Shown here in pieces: positions 8,579 through 17,083 of a stretch of DNA of 29,009 bases. The position numbers and the translations under genes are program-made. Numbering within the stretch: the first letter of the stretch is position 1; every line of letters starts with the position of its first letter. This DNA is from a virus. Its lineage: Duplodnaviria > Caudoviricetes. The notes under the pieces are model-generated. The model made no database searches. It saw nothing but the letters and a program-made list of their open reading frames with translations, and was not told where the DNA came from. The stretch spans positions 1-29,009 of IMG/VR virus record IMGVR_UViG_3300020414_001797. One strand, 5' to 3'.

Positions 8579-8609
8579 ACACTATTGATTAACGATGTAA
8601 TGGGTATCA

Positions 8610-8804
8610 ATGACTGAGGGGATGAATTGTAAGGACGGCTTCTGCGAGTTCAAGACGAATGTCAAGGCCGTCAAGCCAGAAGATGTCTTCTTTGAGCCAG
8701 TCAAGGAATCAGAGCAGACCGAAGATTCCAAGATGAGGCAACGGTTTCTGAGGTTTTGTGACGAGCACCCAGATCACGAGGAATGCAGGATTTACGACGT
8801 ATAA
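8610..8804 (+). CDS. cp12: CP12-like protein (C-terminal Cys pair only)
   Basis: Ends FCDEHPDHEECRIYDV, the CxxxPxxxxCxxYD C-terminus of CP12; acidic, 64 aa. Confidence 0.7.
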   Translation: MTEGMNCKDGFCEFKTNVKAVKPEDVFFEPVKESEQTEDSKMRQRFLRFCDEHPDHEECRIYDV

Positions 8805-8854
8805 TCATTGCACTCTTTTCTTTAGACTGAGAATCATAAAAAGGTCTCCGTCTA

Positions 8855-9295
8855 ATGGCCGTCTTCAACAAACTGAACGGTTTTGTGGAGCACCTCAGCG
8901 AGGGTGTTCACAACCTTGGCACTGATCAGTTGGTGCTTGCGCTTAGTAATACCGCACCTAGCGCTGAGACAACGGCTCCAACAACTTCTACTGCGAACTG
9001 CATTCTTGCGAACGTCACGCAGGTCTCTTACACAGATCTCAGCACTCGCAATGTCACGACAACGACGTCTGAGCAGTCATCTGGCACCTACCGCCTGGTA
9101 CTGCAAGACATCACCTTGAGCTCCACTGGCACTGTCGGGCCTTTCCGGTACATCTACCTGTACAACGACACACCTACCAGCCCTGCTGATCCGCTGATCG
9201 GATACTTCGACTATGGCGCAGGTCTGACCCTTAACAACGGCGAAAGCCTGACTATCGACTTTGACCAGAGCTCCGGCGCTCTCACTCTTGCTTGA
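8855..9295 (+). CDS. Virion structural / tail-fibre-associated protein
   Basis: HNLGTDQLVLALSN...GPFRYIYLYNDT...LIGYFDYG..LTL..GE.LTIDF is a widespread phage tail-associated pattern. Confidence 0.75.
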   Translation: MAVFNKLNGFVEHLSEGVHNLGTDQLVLALSNTAPSAETTAPTTSTANCILANVTQVSYTDLSTRNVTTTTSEQSSGTYRLVLQDITLSSTGTVGPFRYIYLYNDTPTSPADPLIGYFDYGAGLTLNNGESLTIDFDQSSGALTLA

Positions 9296-9308
9296 TACGA
9301 GGTAAATC

Positions 9309-11366
9309 ATGTCTCTTCAGGTCGCGACCGCGTCCTTCGCGTCTACGCCTGCAGATGGCACGTTAACTGCGAGTCGACAGATAACCCCAGTAAGCACGTC
9401 TTTCCGTGCTTACGCTAATTTCATATATCGCAAAAATACGGATGTAACTTTCGTTGGGGCTAACACTTCAGCGTCAGCATCTGTTGTTGTACCGAGCCAT
9501 CAACCGCTCGATCTTCTTATCGTCTTTGCCGTCAATGGCAGCGGCACTGGCAATCCACTTGTGCCTTCTGGTGAAGGCTGGACAGAGATCCACTATGGCG
9601 GCGCGATGGGTTCCCGTGTTGCCTATAAGTTTGCCCAGACCAATTCAGAAGTTGCTGGAATCTGGGCAGGGGCAACGCGAACAACAATCGCTGTTTATAG
9701 AAACGTTCGAGCTGTTGTCAAAACGACAACTAGCTCTACCTCGACTTTCCCAGACAAGATCCTTTACCCCAACGTCTATTCGAATCAAAGCTCCGGCGGC
9801 TCACGCTTAATCGCCTTCAGCGCAAGCGAAAACTTGCTTGACCCCCAAACCGCTCCGTCCGGTTTCACCAGTCGAACCAGCACTGCCGCGATTGGAGAGG
9901 TGGCACCTGGGGTCGGACTTCACGACAGACTGGCCCCTACAGGTGCTGCCGCACTCCAGACCTTCAGCATTGACGACGTCCCAACGTCAGCTGACCCAGG
10001 CAAGCAAATCGCCTTTGGGGTTCTCCTCGCAAGCGGTAGGCCTCAGATCGTTCAGCCAACGATCGAATACGAGTCCACTCTTAACGGCACCGCTATCGCC
10101 CGGACTCTGTTCGTCCGAAGCAAGCGCCTTGAAGCGAACCTGACTGAATTCCTGTTCCTCTACAGGCAATTCCTTGACGTCGAGACCGGAAGCTTCTCCT
10201 ACTCGGTCAGCTCTCCGACTTCCGCTAAAGGCTTCTACTTACTGGCAGAGACTGCAGAGTTCACGACATCAGTCCTCGACATCACTACGGTCCGTGCCCT
10301 CAGGTACGGATGGCCTGGCATCGCAGTCACCCCTTACCTGCTGACTGGTGACAACCCGACCACCGATCTTGGGTTCTTTATCAACCCACAGAATGGCGGC
10401 TTCTCAGCCACTTGGGCATCGATTGGATTGCGCCATAGCGCAATTGTCATTCAGACCTCGACCGGTTATCAGTACGAGTTCGATGCCACCTTTATTCGCA
10501 CGCTGATTGAGGCGTTTACCGGTAATACATTTGGCTATTCGCTGTCTGAAGTTGGCCTTCGCAATGATGGCGTTTCCTATGTAGCCGGCAAGCCAACTGG
10601 GCTACCACCTGCCTTGGGCGGGAGCGACCCCTCGGGGCCTACGTTCATGCGCCCCGCTTTCGTTCGCTACGGGAGCGTCAACCAGTCGCGTGATCTTGGG
10701 GTTGTCAGCAATTTCTTCGGCGAATTCACTGGTGAAATTGGCTCGCAAGTTGGCACAAACACCATTTACTTCAAGCTTGAGACGATCGGCCCCGCCGACC
10801 TTCTTGTTAAAAGAAACGCCGTCAACAAATACACCGATCGTTTTGTTTCGATCAATGTCCTTGACGCCAACCGCAAGCTTGTAGAAGTCAATGATTTTGG
10901 CTTTGCCTACAACAACGAAGTCGTTAATACGCCTGGAGAAGAGTCTCTTTCGTCGCTACCTGCAGGCGTTTATTACTTTTCCATCTCAACCGATCAGTGG
11001 CAAGCAGTCCCATATAGCGTCACGATCCAAGCGATCCGCTTTATCGCCATCGATGGCGCGGCCCAGATCTCTGCAGCCCTGGCAGGTCGATTCGCAATCG
11101 CAAAGCTCAGGGGCGGCGCACTACTGACCGCACCATTAGTTTCTTCGGTTCCCCCGTTCGACACCATTATTGGAACTACTGGTGCAATTATTGTTTCCTC
11201 TGGCTCTCGCGGACAATTAGTCATTCCTTCTGGCGTCGCTGTCGGTCGAATGTTACCTAGTGGGCGACTCAAGAAGACGCACAAAATTGGCGGCATAGCC
11301 ACTGGCTCAATGCCGAATGTAGCTACGCTTAGTTCACAGCCACCGTATGGCGGTTATGGGGGTTGA
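9309..11366 (+). CDS. Putative tail fibre / receptor-binding protein
   Basis: 685 aa, beta-rich T/S/G/A. VVPSHQPLDLLIVFAV..PSGEGWT beta-sandwich motif; PPC-like LPAGVYYFSI..YSVTI domain; GAGG SD. Confidence 0.65.
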   Translation: MSLQVATASFASTPADGTLTASRQITPVSTSFRAYANFIYRKNTDVTFVGANTSASASVVVPSHQPLDLLIVFAVNGSGTGNPLVPSGEGWTEIHYGGAMGSRVAYKFAQTNSEVAGIWAGATRTTIAVYRNVRAVVKTTTSSTSTFPDKILYPNVYSNQSSGGSRLIAFSASENLLDPQTAPSGFTSRTSTAAIGEVAPGVGLHDRLAPTGAAALQTFSIDDVPTSADPGKQIAFGVLLASGRPQIVQPTIEYESTLNGTAIARTLFVRSKRLEANLTEFLFLYRQFLDVETGSFSYSVSSPTSAKGFYLLAETAEFTTSVLDITTVRALRYGWPGIAVTPYLLTGDNPTTDLGFFINPQNGGFSATWASIGLRHSAIVIQTSTGYQYEFDATFIRTLIEAFTGNTFGYSLSEVGLRNDGVSYVAGKPTGLPPALGGSDPSGPTFMRPAFVRYGSVNQSRDLGVVSNFFGEFTGEIGSQVGTNTIYFKLETIGPADLLVKRNAVNKYTDRFVSINVLDANRKLVEVNDFGFAYNNEVVNTPGEESLSSLPAGVYYFSISTDQWQAVPYSVTIQAIRFIAIDGAAQISAALAGRFAIAKLRGGALLTAPLVSSVPPFDTIIGTTGAIIVSSGSRGQLVIPSGVAVGRMLPSGRLKKTHKIGGIATGSMPNVATLSSQPPYGGYGG

Positions 11367-11411
11367 TTGAGCTAATCGATCAAAACCGTTCCTCTTATAT
11401 CTTGAAAGTCC

Positions 11412-11834
11412 ATGGCATTTTCGCAATACTTTGCGACGCAGGTTCTTGGATGGGTCAAAGGTGCACCCTTTCCGACTGCGCTCAGTAATGTCTACATCTC
11501 CCTGCATACCTCTGACCCTGGTACAGCTGGGACATCCGGCGATGTAACCAACAGCATCACCAACAGCACAAACCGGACCTCAATTACCACTGCATCCCTG
11601 AGCTCTGTAGCTGGTGCTAGTGGTGGTGGCTTTGAGATCACCAATACTGGTGTGGTTCAGCTGACTACTTCCGCTACAAATAACACAGCACTTACCGTTA
11701 CTCATTTCGGTGTCTGGGATGCTGCTTCTGGTGGCAATTTCCTTGCCTCTGGTGCTTTGACTACCAGTGTTGACGTCGAACTTGGAGACACTGTCCAGTT
11801 CAACATCGGCGCGATGGCAGTGCGAGTGGTCTGA
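11412..11834 (+). CDS. Phage tail-fibre-associated structural protein
   Basis: VYISLHTSDPGTAG...VTHFGVWDAASGGNFL...V..GDTVQF..GA is a well-known small tail protein pattern. Confidence 0.8.
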   Translation: MAFSQYFATQVLGWVKGAPFPTALSNVYISLHTSDPGTAGTSGDVTNSITNSTNRTSITTASLSSVAGASGGGFEITNTGVVQLTTSATNNTALTVTHFGVWDAASGGNFLASGALTTSVDVELGDTVQFNIGAMAVRVV

Positions 11835-11965
11835 TGGCAAAGATCAAAAAGTCTCTCCTGGGCCAGCCCCATAAAGACCCCGTTTACAAGAAAACAACAC
11901 AAGGACAAGGGCGCCGTAGCCGACCTAAACCCGGAAAGAAACTGATGCGGGGACAAGGCAAATAA
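11834..11965 (+). CDS. Small basic protein, 43 aa (missing from the ORF track)
   Basis: TGATG-coupled. MAKIKKSLLGQPHKDPVYKKTTQGQGRRSRPKPGKKLMRGQGK; KKTxQGxG...RGQGK resembles a common cyanophage peptide. Confidence 0.75.
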   Translation: MAKIKKSLLGQPHKDPVYKKTTQGQGRRSRPKPGKKLMRGQGK

Positions 11966-11989
11966 AGCCGTTACATTCAGAAGAAAGGC

Positions 11990-12310
11990 ATGCTTTCAAC
12001 TCAGTATCGGCTTCGACTTGAGTTTATCTGCAAGCGAATTGCTGAAGGAGAAGAGGTCAAGCTGGATGACATGATCTGGGCCGACAAGCTCGGGAAGGCG
12101 AACCGAAGTGCAGCGGAAATGCTCCGTAAGGCACGTCGAATCGCCAACAACCCAGACATGGCTCCTGGGGGCCTTGACGACTTCATGAATCAGATGGATA
12201 TCGGTGATCCCGATCCTTCAAACCATATCGTTGACGGATTTAACTCCGTCGAGGAAATCGCCTCTTGGTTTAGTCAAGAGAAAACTGACGACTGGCGTCA
12301 GCGCGACTGA
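11990..12310 (+). CDS. Conserved cyanophage-type hypothetical protein
   Basis: MLSTQYRLRLEFICKRI...DMIWADKL...LDDF..MDIGDPDPSNH, recognised as a common cyanophage ORF. Confidence 0.75.
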   Translation: MLSTQYRLRLEFICKRIAEGEEVKLDDMIWADKLGKANRSAAEMLRKARRIANNPDMAPGGLDDFMNQMDIGDPDPSNHIVDGFNSVEEIASWFSQEKTDDWRQRD

Positions 12311-12504
12311 TCATCATTTCGGTGAAAAGCGATCTCCATGAGCGCTGTTCTGAGCATTGAGCGCAGCGCCCACAGCCTTTCCTGCTCCTCTCGTTCAGCA
12401 GCAGGATAGCCAGGCCACATTTTGATGTGAAAGTCGACTGAAGAGGCCAGCTGTTTTACGGCATCGTCGGTGAGCTCGAATGTCAGTACGATCTTTTCTT
12501 TCAT
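12298..12504 (-). CDS. Small hypothetical protein
   Basis: ATG at 12504 overlaps the endolysin stop (ATGA); MKEKIVLTFEL...WPGYPAAEREEQERL. Confidence 0.7.
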   Translation of the reverse strand: MKEKIVLTFELTDDAVKQLASSVDFHIKMWPGYPAAEREEQERLWALRSMLRTALMEIAFHRNDDQSR

Positions 12505-13667
12505 TCGTAGGACCAAATACAACAGGGCTTGGCATCGGCCTTGGGGTGGAAACTCCCGTCGCCACGAGTGTCGAGGTGAATAAAGCCACGGGTTCGACCA
12601 TCACCCAATCCTCCGCTCCAGCGCTTGCTTATCCACGTGTAGAAGTAGTCGATTGACTCCCCTATCGGATAGATGTCAATCGCCATGCCTTTCGTGTGAT
12701 ACGAGCCAGGCACTCCCCCTAATCGCGTGTTTATAGGCTCAGGCCGGAATCCGCTAGAAACTCCGATCGGTCCTTGCCATGCATCCACAATCAGATCAAA
12801 CTGACCTGCCAAGTTGAATAGTTCATCTTCTTCTTTACTACCCACTTCCGGCTGCCTGCGTGCGTCGTACTGCAACAGCTGACCAACCGTTAAGTGCTTG
12901 CTGACATGACTTGAGAAATCGTTCCAATCAACTTTTTCCCAGACATCCAAACTTGCAACTGCATCTTGCTCTAGCCAGTGAGGCAAATAGATAGCCCAAC
13001 GCTCAGCGCTGTCCTTCAGCGTGACCCATGCATGGACATCTTCAGGGACTTCGTCAACTGCTACAACTTCAATAAATTCATTTGCTTCAAAGCCCTGCCG
13101 GCCACTGCTTGACAAATAAATTGATGGAATTGCTGCCTTTTTCAGAAAGGTACTTGTTACGCAGGTGAAGGCGGTCACGCCGTCATCCTCCGACATCCAA
13201 ACTTCGCCCTCTTCCTTACGCCTTTGCTTGAGACCTTCAAGGACTTTGCCATTAGCAGTCACGTAGAGGCTAAGAGCTCCTGGCATTTGTTTATAGACGC
13301 CTGGATCAATCGAACCATCGCCTAGAACATTGCTTATAGTCTCAAAGCCTTCGGCTCGGTAAAAGTTTTCTCCGAGATTCCAAGCGAAGCTGATCAATAC
13401 CGCTTGCCTTGCAGCACCAAGCCGGTTCCATCCAGGTATTCGAGCCAGCTTGGGAATGTAGTCATGTTCAATCATCGACTCCAAATACCCCCTGCAGACC
13501 TGCTTGGAGCATCTATCACCTAGACGTACAAAAGTTCCGTCCGGGTATTTAGTCATACCCGCTCCGATTGTTGCTACGCCAACTGCATCGAGATAAGCGT
13601 CTTCCTCAACGCCCTCAAATTGCTCAATCAGTTGAACCGCTTTCTTGACCGCCTGAGACTGATTCAT
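12501..13667 (-). CDS. Modular endolysin: GH24 lysozyme + linker domain + peptidase M15A
   Basis: IEQFEG..AYLDAVGVATIG (E-x8-D-x5-T triad), AVLISFAWNLG, GLKQRRKEE. C-terminal SGFR..SYH..GMAIDI..FIHLD (Zn ligands H/D/H). Start moved to ATG 13667. Confidence 0.88.
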   Translation of the reverse strand: MNQSQAVKKAVQLIEQFEGVEEDAYLDAVGVATIGAGMTKYPDGTFVRLGDRCSKQVCRGYLESMIEHDYIPKLARIPGWNRLGAARQAVLISFAWNLGENFYRAEGFETISNVLGDGSIDPGVYKQMPGALSLYVTANGKVLEGLKQRRKEEGEVWMSEDDGVTAFTCVTSTFLKKAAIPSIYLSSSGRQGFEANEFIEVVAVDEVPEDVHAWVTLKDSAERWAIYLPHWLEQDAVASLDVWEKVDWNDFSSHVSKHLTVGQLLQYDARRQPEVGSKEEDELFNLAGQFDLIVDAWQGPIGVSSGFRPEPINTRLGGVPGSYHTKGMAIDIYPIGESIDYFYTWISKRWSGGLGDGRTRGFIHLDTRGDGSFHPKADAKPCCIWSYE

Positions 13668-13884
13668 CTCCGTAAATTGCAGCGAATCTTGGGGATGGCT
13701 GCACGGGTTCTTCTCCACCGTTCCAAGCGTTAAGCCCGTGATGAATAGCGGCATCACTGCCCAAGCCTTTTTCACGTAGTAACTCGATCTGCTCGATTAC
13801 ACTTTCAACGTGATCGGCTGAATGTCTTTGTGCGCTGTTGGCCGACAGCTGATCAAATACTTCATCGCTGCCAGCCAAACGCAC
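13624..13884 (-). CDS. Hypothetical protein
   Basis: 86 aa, GTG start; fills the gap between 13926 and the endolysin. Confidence 0.6.
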   Translation of the reverse strand: MRLAGSDEVFDQLSANSAQRHSADHVESVIEQIELLREKGLGSDAAIHHGLNAWNGGEEPVQPSPRFAAIYGDESVSGGQESGSTD

Positions 13885-13925
13885 TGTTTTTCTGCAGCCA
13901 GATCCCTGGCTTCAAACTAACAGTT

Positions 13926-14264
13926 TTACCCGAAAAGTCGTTTCCCAATTTCTTGGAAATTCGGGTCACTAACCATTGCCAGTACGGCATGTCCACCGCC
14001 AGCGTTGGCTTTAATACCTACTTTCGTTGCTTGTTTGAACAGCTCAGCTTTCTGCTCGGCGGACATTGCGTCACGAGCAATTTCTTTCGTGTTCTGCATA
14101 ATGCGCTGTGCATTAGCCGCAGAACTACTTGCCTGATGCTGAGTGGCAAGGTTTTGTTCCTGCTGCATTGCCAACAACTGTTGGCCAGGGGCAGGAGCAT
14201 TAGGAGCGCTATTCAACTCAGCTGAGTTTGGGTTAGCACTCATCCCAGGTGGGAGCATTGTCAT
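13926..14264 (-). CDS. Hypothetical Q/A/N-rich protein
   Basis: Likely start ATG 14264 (MTMLPPG), downstream of the hairpin. Confidence 0.65.
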   Translation of the reverse strand: MTMLPPGMSANPNSAELNSAPNAPAPGQQLLAMQQEQNLATQHQASSSAANAQRIMQNTKEIARDAMSAEQKAELFKQATKVGIKANAGGGHAVLAMVSDPNFQEIGKRLFG

Positions 14265-14267
14265 GCG

Positions 14268-14290
14268 AAAAGGCCCCGTAAAACGGGGCC
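14268..14290 (-). terminator. Probable terminator after the scaffold gene
   Basis: GGCCCCGT-TTT-ACGGGGCC perfect stem followed by TTTT on the minus strand. Confidence 0.6.
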
Positions 14291-14304
14291 GATATGTGTG
14301 CTTA

Positions 14305-15330
14305 TCAGCCCTCTGAAACGAGAACCTTGCTACGGAGAGCATCGGGGCCGGCCTGAGCCAGCATCTGCCAAGCAGCGCCAGGATTGCGCTCACTCAGAGC
14401 AGAGAAGGATTCCCAGAAATTTGCATCACCAGCGGGTGCTTGAGTGCCAGGGGTCGGGATATCCATCTGGGGCCGCTCGTACTGCTGGCCTGCGTATTGA
14501 GGCTGGGCGGCAGCTTCGGGGTGGAAGCGAGCTTCGTTCATTGCCACTTCAGCGGCAAGACGATCCTCTGCAGTCTCAATCGGGTAGGGACCCTCAGGAC
14601 CAAAGAAGTCGTTGACATAGGCCGACAGCATGTCGGGGTTGGTCAACATCACGTGGTAAGCAGCGTTGTCTTCTGCTGCTGCATCGATGACCTTTCGGGA
14701 AGCATCAAGGGTGATGTTCAGCTTCTCCAGCGTCTCCATGGTTTCAGCGGTCTGCTGAGCCTGGGCAAGGAGAGCATCCTCGACCACCGTCGCGTACCTG
14801 TTCAGGAGCGCAGGCGCCTCAGCTCCGAAGTGCTGAAGGACTTCAAGACTTTCTGCGCTTACGTTGGCGAGATACTCGTCGCTCGCGGCTGCGGTCTGCT
14901 CGCTGCTGTAGCTCGGCGCCTGTGTCGGGGCCTGGGAGTAAGCCGGAGTTGCTTGGGGAATTGAGGTCTGCAGCCCCGATACGGAAGGAGCCGCTTGGTA
15001 CGCCGCCGGAGCCGAAGCCCACGCCTGCTGCGGCACCGGCTGGGCCGCCTGCGGGGTCGGCGTTGAGTAGGCTGCCTGGGGTTGGGAGTTCCGCGTCCCG
15101 CTCAAGCTGTCGCTGAGTCGGTTGAACGCCTCCTGCCATGGATTGGCCTGCGGGGCCGCCGGCGCCTGCGGCGCCTCCGGTGCCACTTGCGGCGCCGAAG
15201 GTGTCTGGTACGAAGGTTGGGCGGTCGGGACCTGCGCTGATTGGTAGGCCTGCGTCGGCGCGGGCACGCTCGATGGGATCGAGGCTGCTTGGGTCACCGG
15301 AGCCGGTGCTGTCTGAATACTGTCCTGCAT
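14305..15330 (-). CDS. Putative capsid scaffolding protein
   Basis: 341 aa. Disordered P/A/Q N-half, acidic coiled-coil middle, short helical C-terminus; directly follows the portal. Confidence 0.6.
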   Translation of the reverse strand: MQDSIQTAPAPVTQAASIPSSVPAPTQAYQSAQVPTAQPSYQTPSAPQVAPEAPQAPAAPQANPWQEAFNRLSDSLSGTRNSQPQAAYSTPTPQAAQPVPQQAWASAPAAYQAAPSVSGLQTSIPQATPAYSQAPTQAPSYSSEQTAAASDEYLANVSAESLEVLQHFGAEAPALLNRYATVVEDALLAQAQQTAETMETLEKLNITLDASRKVIDAAAEDNAAYHVMLTNPDMLSAYVNDFFGPEGPYPIETAEDRLAAEVAMNEARFHPEAAAQPQYAGQQYERPQMDIPTPGTQAPAGDANFWESFSALSERNPGAAWQMLAQAGPDALRSKVLVSEG

Positions 15331-17074
15331 AGGTAAGCTCTCGCTTCAAGAACTCGTAGGCCCGATACACATAAGGAGTGAGATCGAGCTTCGGATCCGC
15401 AAGCAACGGAAGATCGGGAGCTTGCGGGTGTGGGATCTGACGCATGTTTTCAATCAGCGTCAGGAATGTGCCAATACTTTGTTGAGTGGCCTGTGCCATC
15501 CGGAATGGATAGCCACTTAGCATTGCGCTTCTCTCTTCGTCTGTCTTGTCAGGGAAGAGATAACGCAGGGCTTCGATCGAGTTAACGCCGAGCTCCTGAA
15601 GGTTTCTAACAACAATGCTTGAGTTAAGTATATCCTCTGTGCCGTCTTCGAAGACGGGTCCTTTCCACCTCCAATCAATACGTCTATCGCCATCGGGTAT
15701 AAGTCCAACGACCCCAGGCGGGAGCTGCCTACCCGAGACGGCGGAACCAATCTGTTCCTCAAGCGTTCCTTCAAACTGCATCAGAACTCCCTGGAATGCC
15801 TCTACGGCGCCCCGATAGCTCACGTCATCTGGGAAGTCCTCGCGCATTGGAGGTTCAGGCTTTTGCAATCCGATTGCTTGAGCAAAGGACTCACGGAAAA
15901 TCTTCTCTTCGTTAAAGATGATTAGAGAGATCAGCTTGCACAAGCCATAAGTCAGGAGACCACGGCACCGACGAGTAGCAGAAGTTGCAGCTCGGCCATA
16001 GAGGGATTTAATCTCGTAAGCAGTAGCTCCTGCAGTAATACCAAGTTCATCCACACCACCCAAGGCAGTGCGAATCTCTTCTCGATATTGACGTGCATAA
16101 AGGTTCTGATCTCCTGAAACTGCATCAGGAGTTAGGTAGACAGCACGGTCAGTACTCTCTACATTGGCAATAACACGAGGGACTTTCATCCCTCCTCCTC
16201 CGCCACCACCCATCACGGGAGAGCTAACCCGAGTCGAGGGACGATTAGCGGCGTAGAACCCAGCCTGTGAGCTGATTGTGGGACGCATGCCGTCCTCGTC
16301 ACCACCGCTCTCAACAAGGTCGTGCTTCGGACGACTAGAGACGAGAGTCGGATTGCCAAAGAAGTGGATATTGGTCCGGATGTTTTTAACCAGATCGTCA
16401 TGCGTAACGATCTGATCAGCCAGCCAATCAAACTCGCCAGTGGCGTCCATGCCAGTGGACTTCATGCTGTTGAACGCCTCAACAGCTGGAATAAAGCCAA
16501 GGCTGTTGGTCAGCGTCCGCGTCTTGTTGACGGCAAATGCCAGGTTCTGGGAACTTGCGTCAAATGTTGGTTTCTCAGTTGTAATCGTTTCCTTGATTTC
16601 GTCCTTACGCACGCGCAACTTCACGTAGCGCATATTGCCTTGCGAATCAGACGGCCCCTGCATGGGGCTATTGGCTGACTCGCGAACGGTAAAGCTATAG
16701 ATCAACTCGATCTCTTCGAGCTGACCCATGGCGTCGTAATACGCCCTGTAGTTCTCCGCGCTGAACCACATAATGCGGTAGGTGTCGCGCACCGGCCGGA
16801 AATAGAACAGACCCTTGCCATCAATCAAGAAGTCGTCAACAATGCCTTCCAAACGAGTGTCAATCTCGTTCTCTTCGATCAGCTCGTTGACGAAGTCCTT
16901 GCGGAATCCAAACGTGTCCTGCGAGGGATAAAACTCCAATCCCTGTCGCAACATGAACAGTTTCATCTGCGACAGATGACTGTTCACAATCATCGTGTCG
17001 ACGCCAGCCGTGCCCTCTTTCTTGCGGGCAGCCTCCAGGATTCGACGGAAGCGGTCGTTAATAGACTGGTTCAT
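14843..17074 (-). CDS. Portal protein with long G/A/P-rich C-terminal extension
   Basis: 743 aa immediately after TerL. LGFIPAVE..N....GEF and NIHFFGNP are portal-like; helical C-region. Confidence 0.8.
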   Translation of the reverse strand: MNQSINDRFRRILEAARKKEGTAGVDTMIVNSHLSQMKLFMLRQGLEFYPSQDTFGFRKDFVNELIEENEIDTRLEGIVDDFLIDGKGLFYFRPVRDTYRIMWFSAENYRAYYDAMGQLEEIELIYSFTVRESANSPMQGPSDSQGNMRYVKLRVRKDEIKETITTEKPTFDASSQNLAFAVNKTRTLTNSLGFIPAVEAFNSMKSTGMDATGEFDWLADQIVTHDDLVKNIRTNIHFFGNPTLVSSRPKHDLVESGGDEDGMRPTISSQAGFYAANRPSTRVSSPVMGGGGGGGMKVPRVIANVESTDRAVYLTPDAVSGDQNLYARQYREEIRTALGGVDELGITAGATAYEIKSLYGRAATSATRRCRGLLTYGLCKLISLIIFNEEKIFRESFAQAIGLQKPEPPMREDFPDDVSYRGAVEAFQGVLMQFEGTLEEQIGSAVSGRQLPPGVVGLIPDGDRRIDWRWKGPVFEDGTEDILNSSIVVRNLQELGVNSIEALRYLFPDKTDEERSAMLSGYPFRMAQATQQSIGTFLTLIENMRQIPHPQAPDLPLLADPKLDLTPYVYRAYEFLKRELTYAGQYSDSTGSGDPSSLDPIERARADAGLPISAGPDRPTFVPDTFGAASGTGGAAGAGGPAGQSMAGGVQPTQRQLERDAELPTPGSLLNADPAGGPAGAAAGVGFGSGGVPSGSFRIGAADLNSPSNSGLLPGPDTGAELQQRADRSRERRVSRQRKRRKS

Positions 17075-17083
17075 TTATCTAGT

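Noticed and set aside
9309-11366. Diversity-generating retroelement target in the tail fibre
   Set aside because: No reverse transcriptase and no TR/VR repeat pair with adenine-specific mismatches were seen.
13668-13775. Signal-peptide/SAR-like N-terminus (MKKAWAVMPLFITGLTLG) on the endolysin
   Set aside because: It overlaps ORF 13624..13884, and ATG 13667 has a GGAG SD and begins at the lysozyme domain. Not fully excluded.
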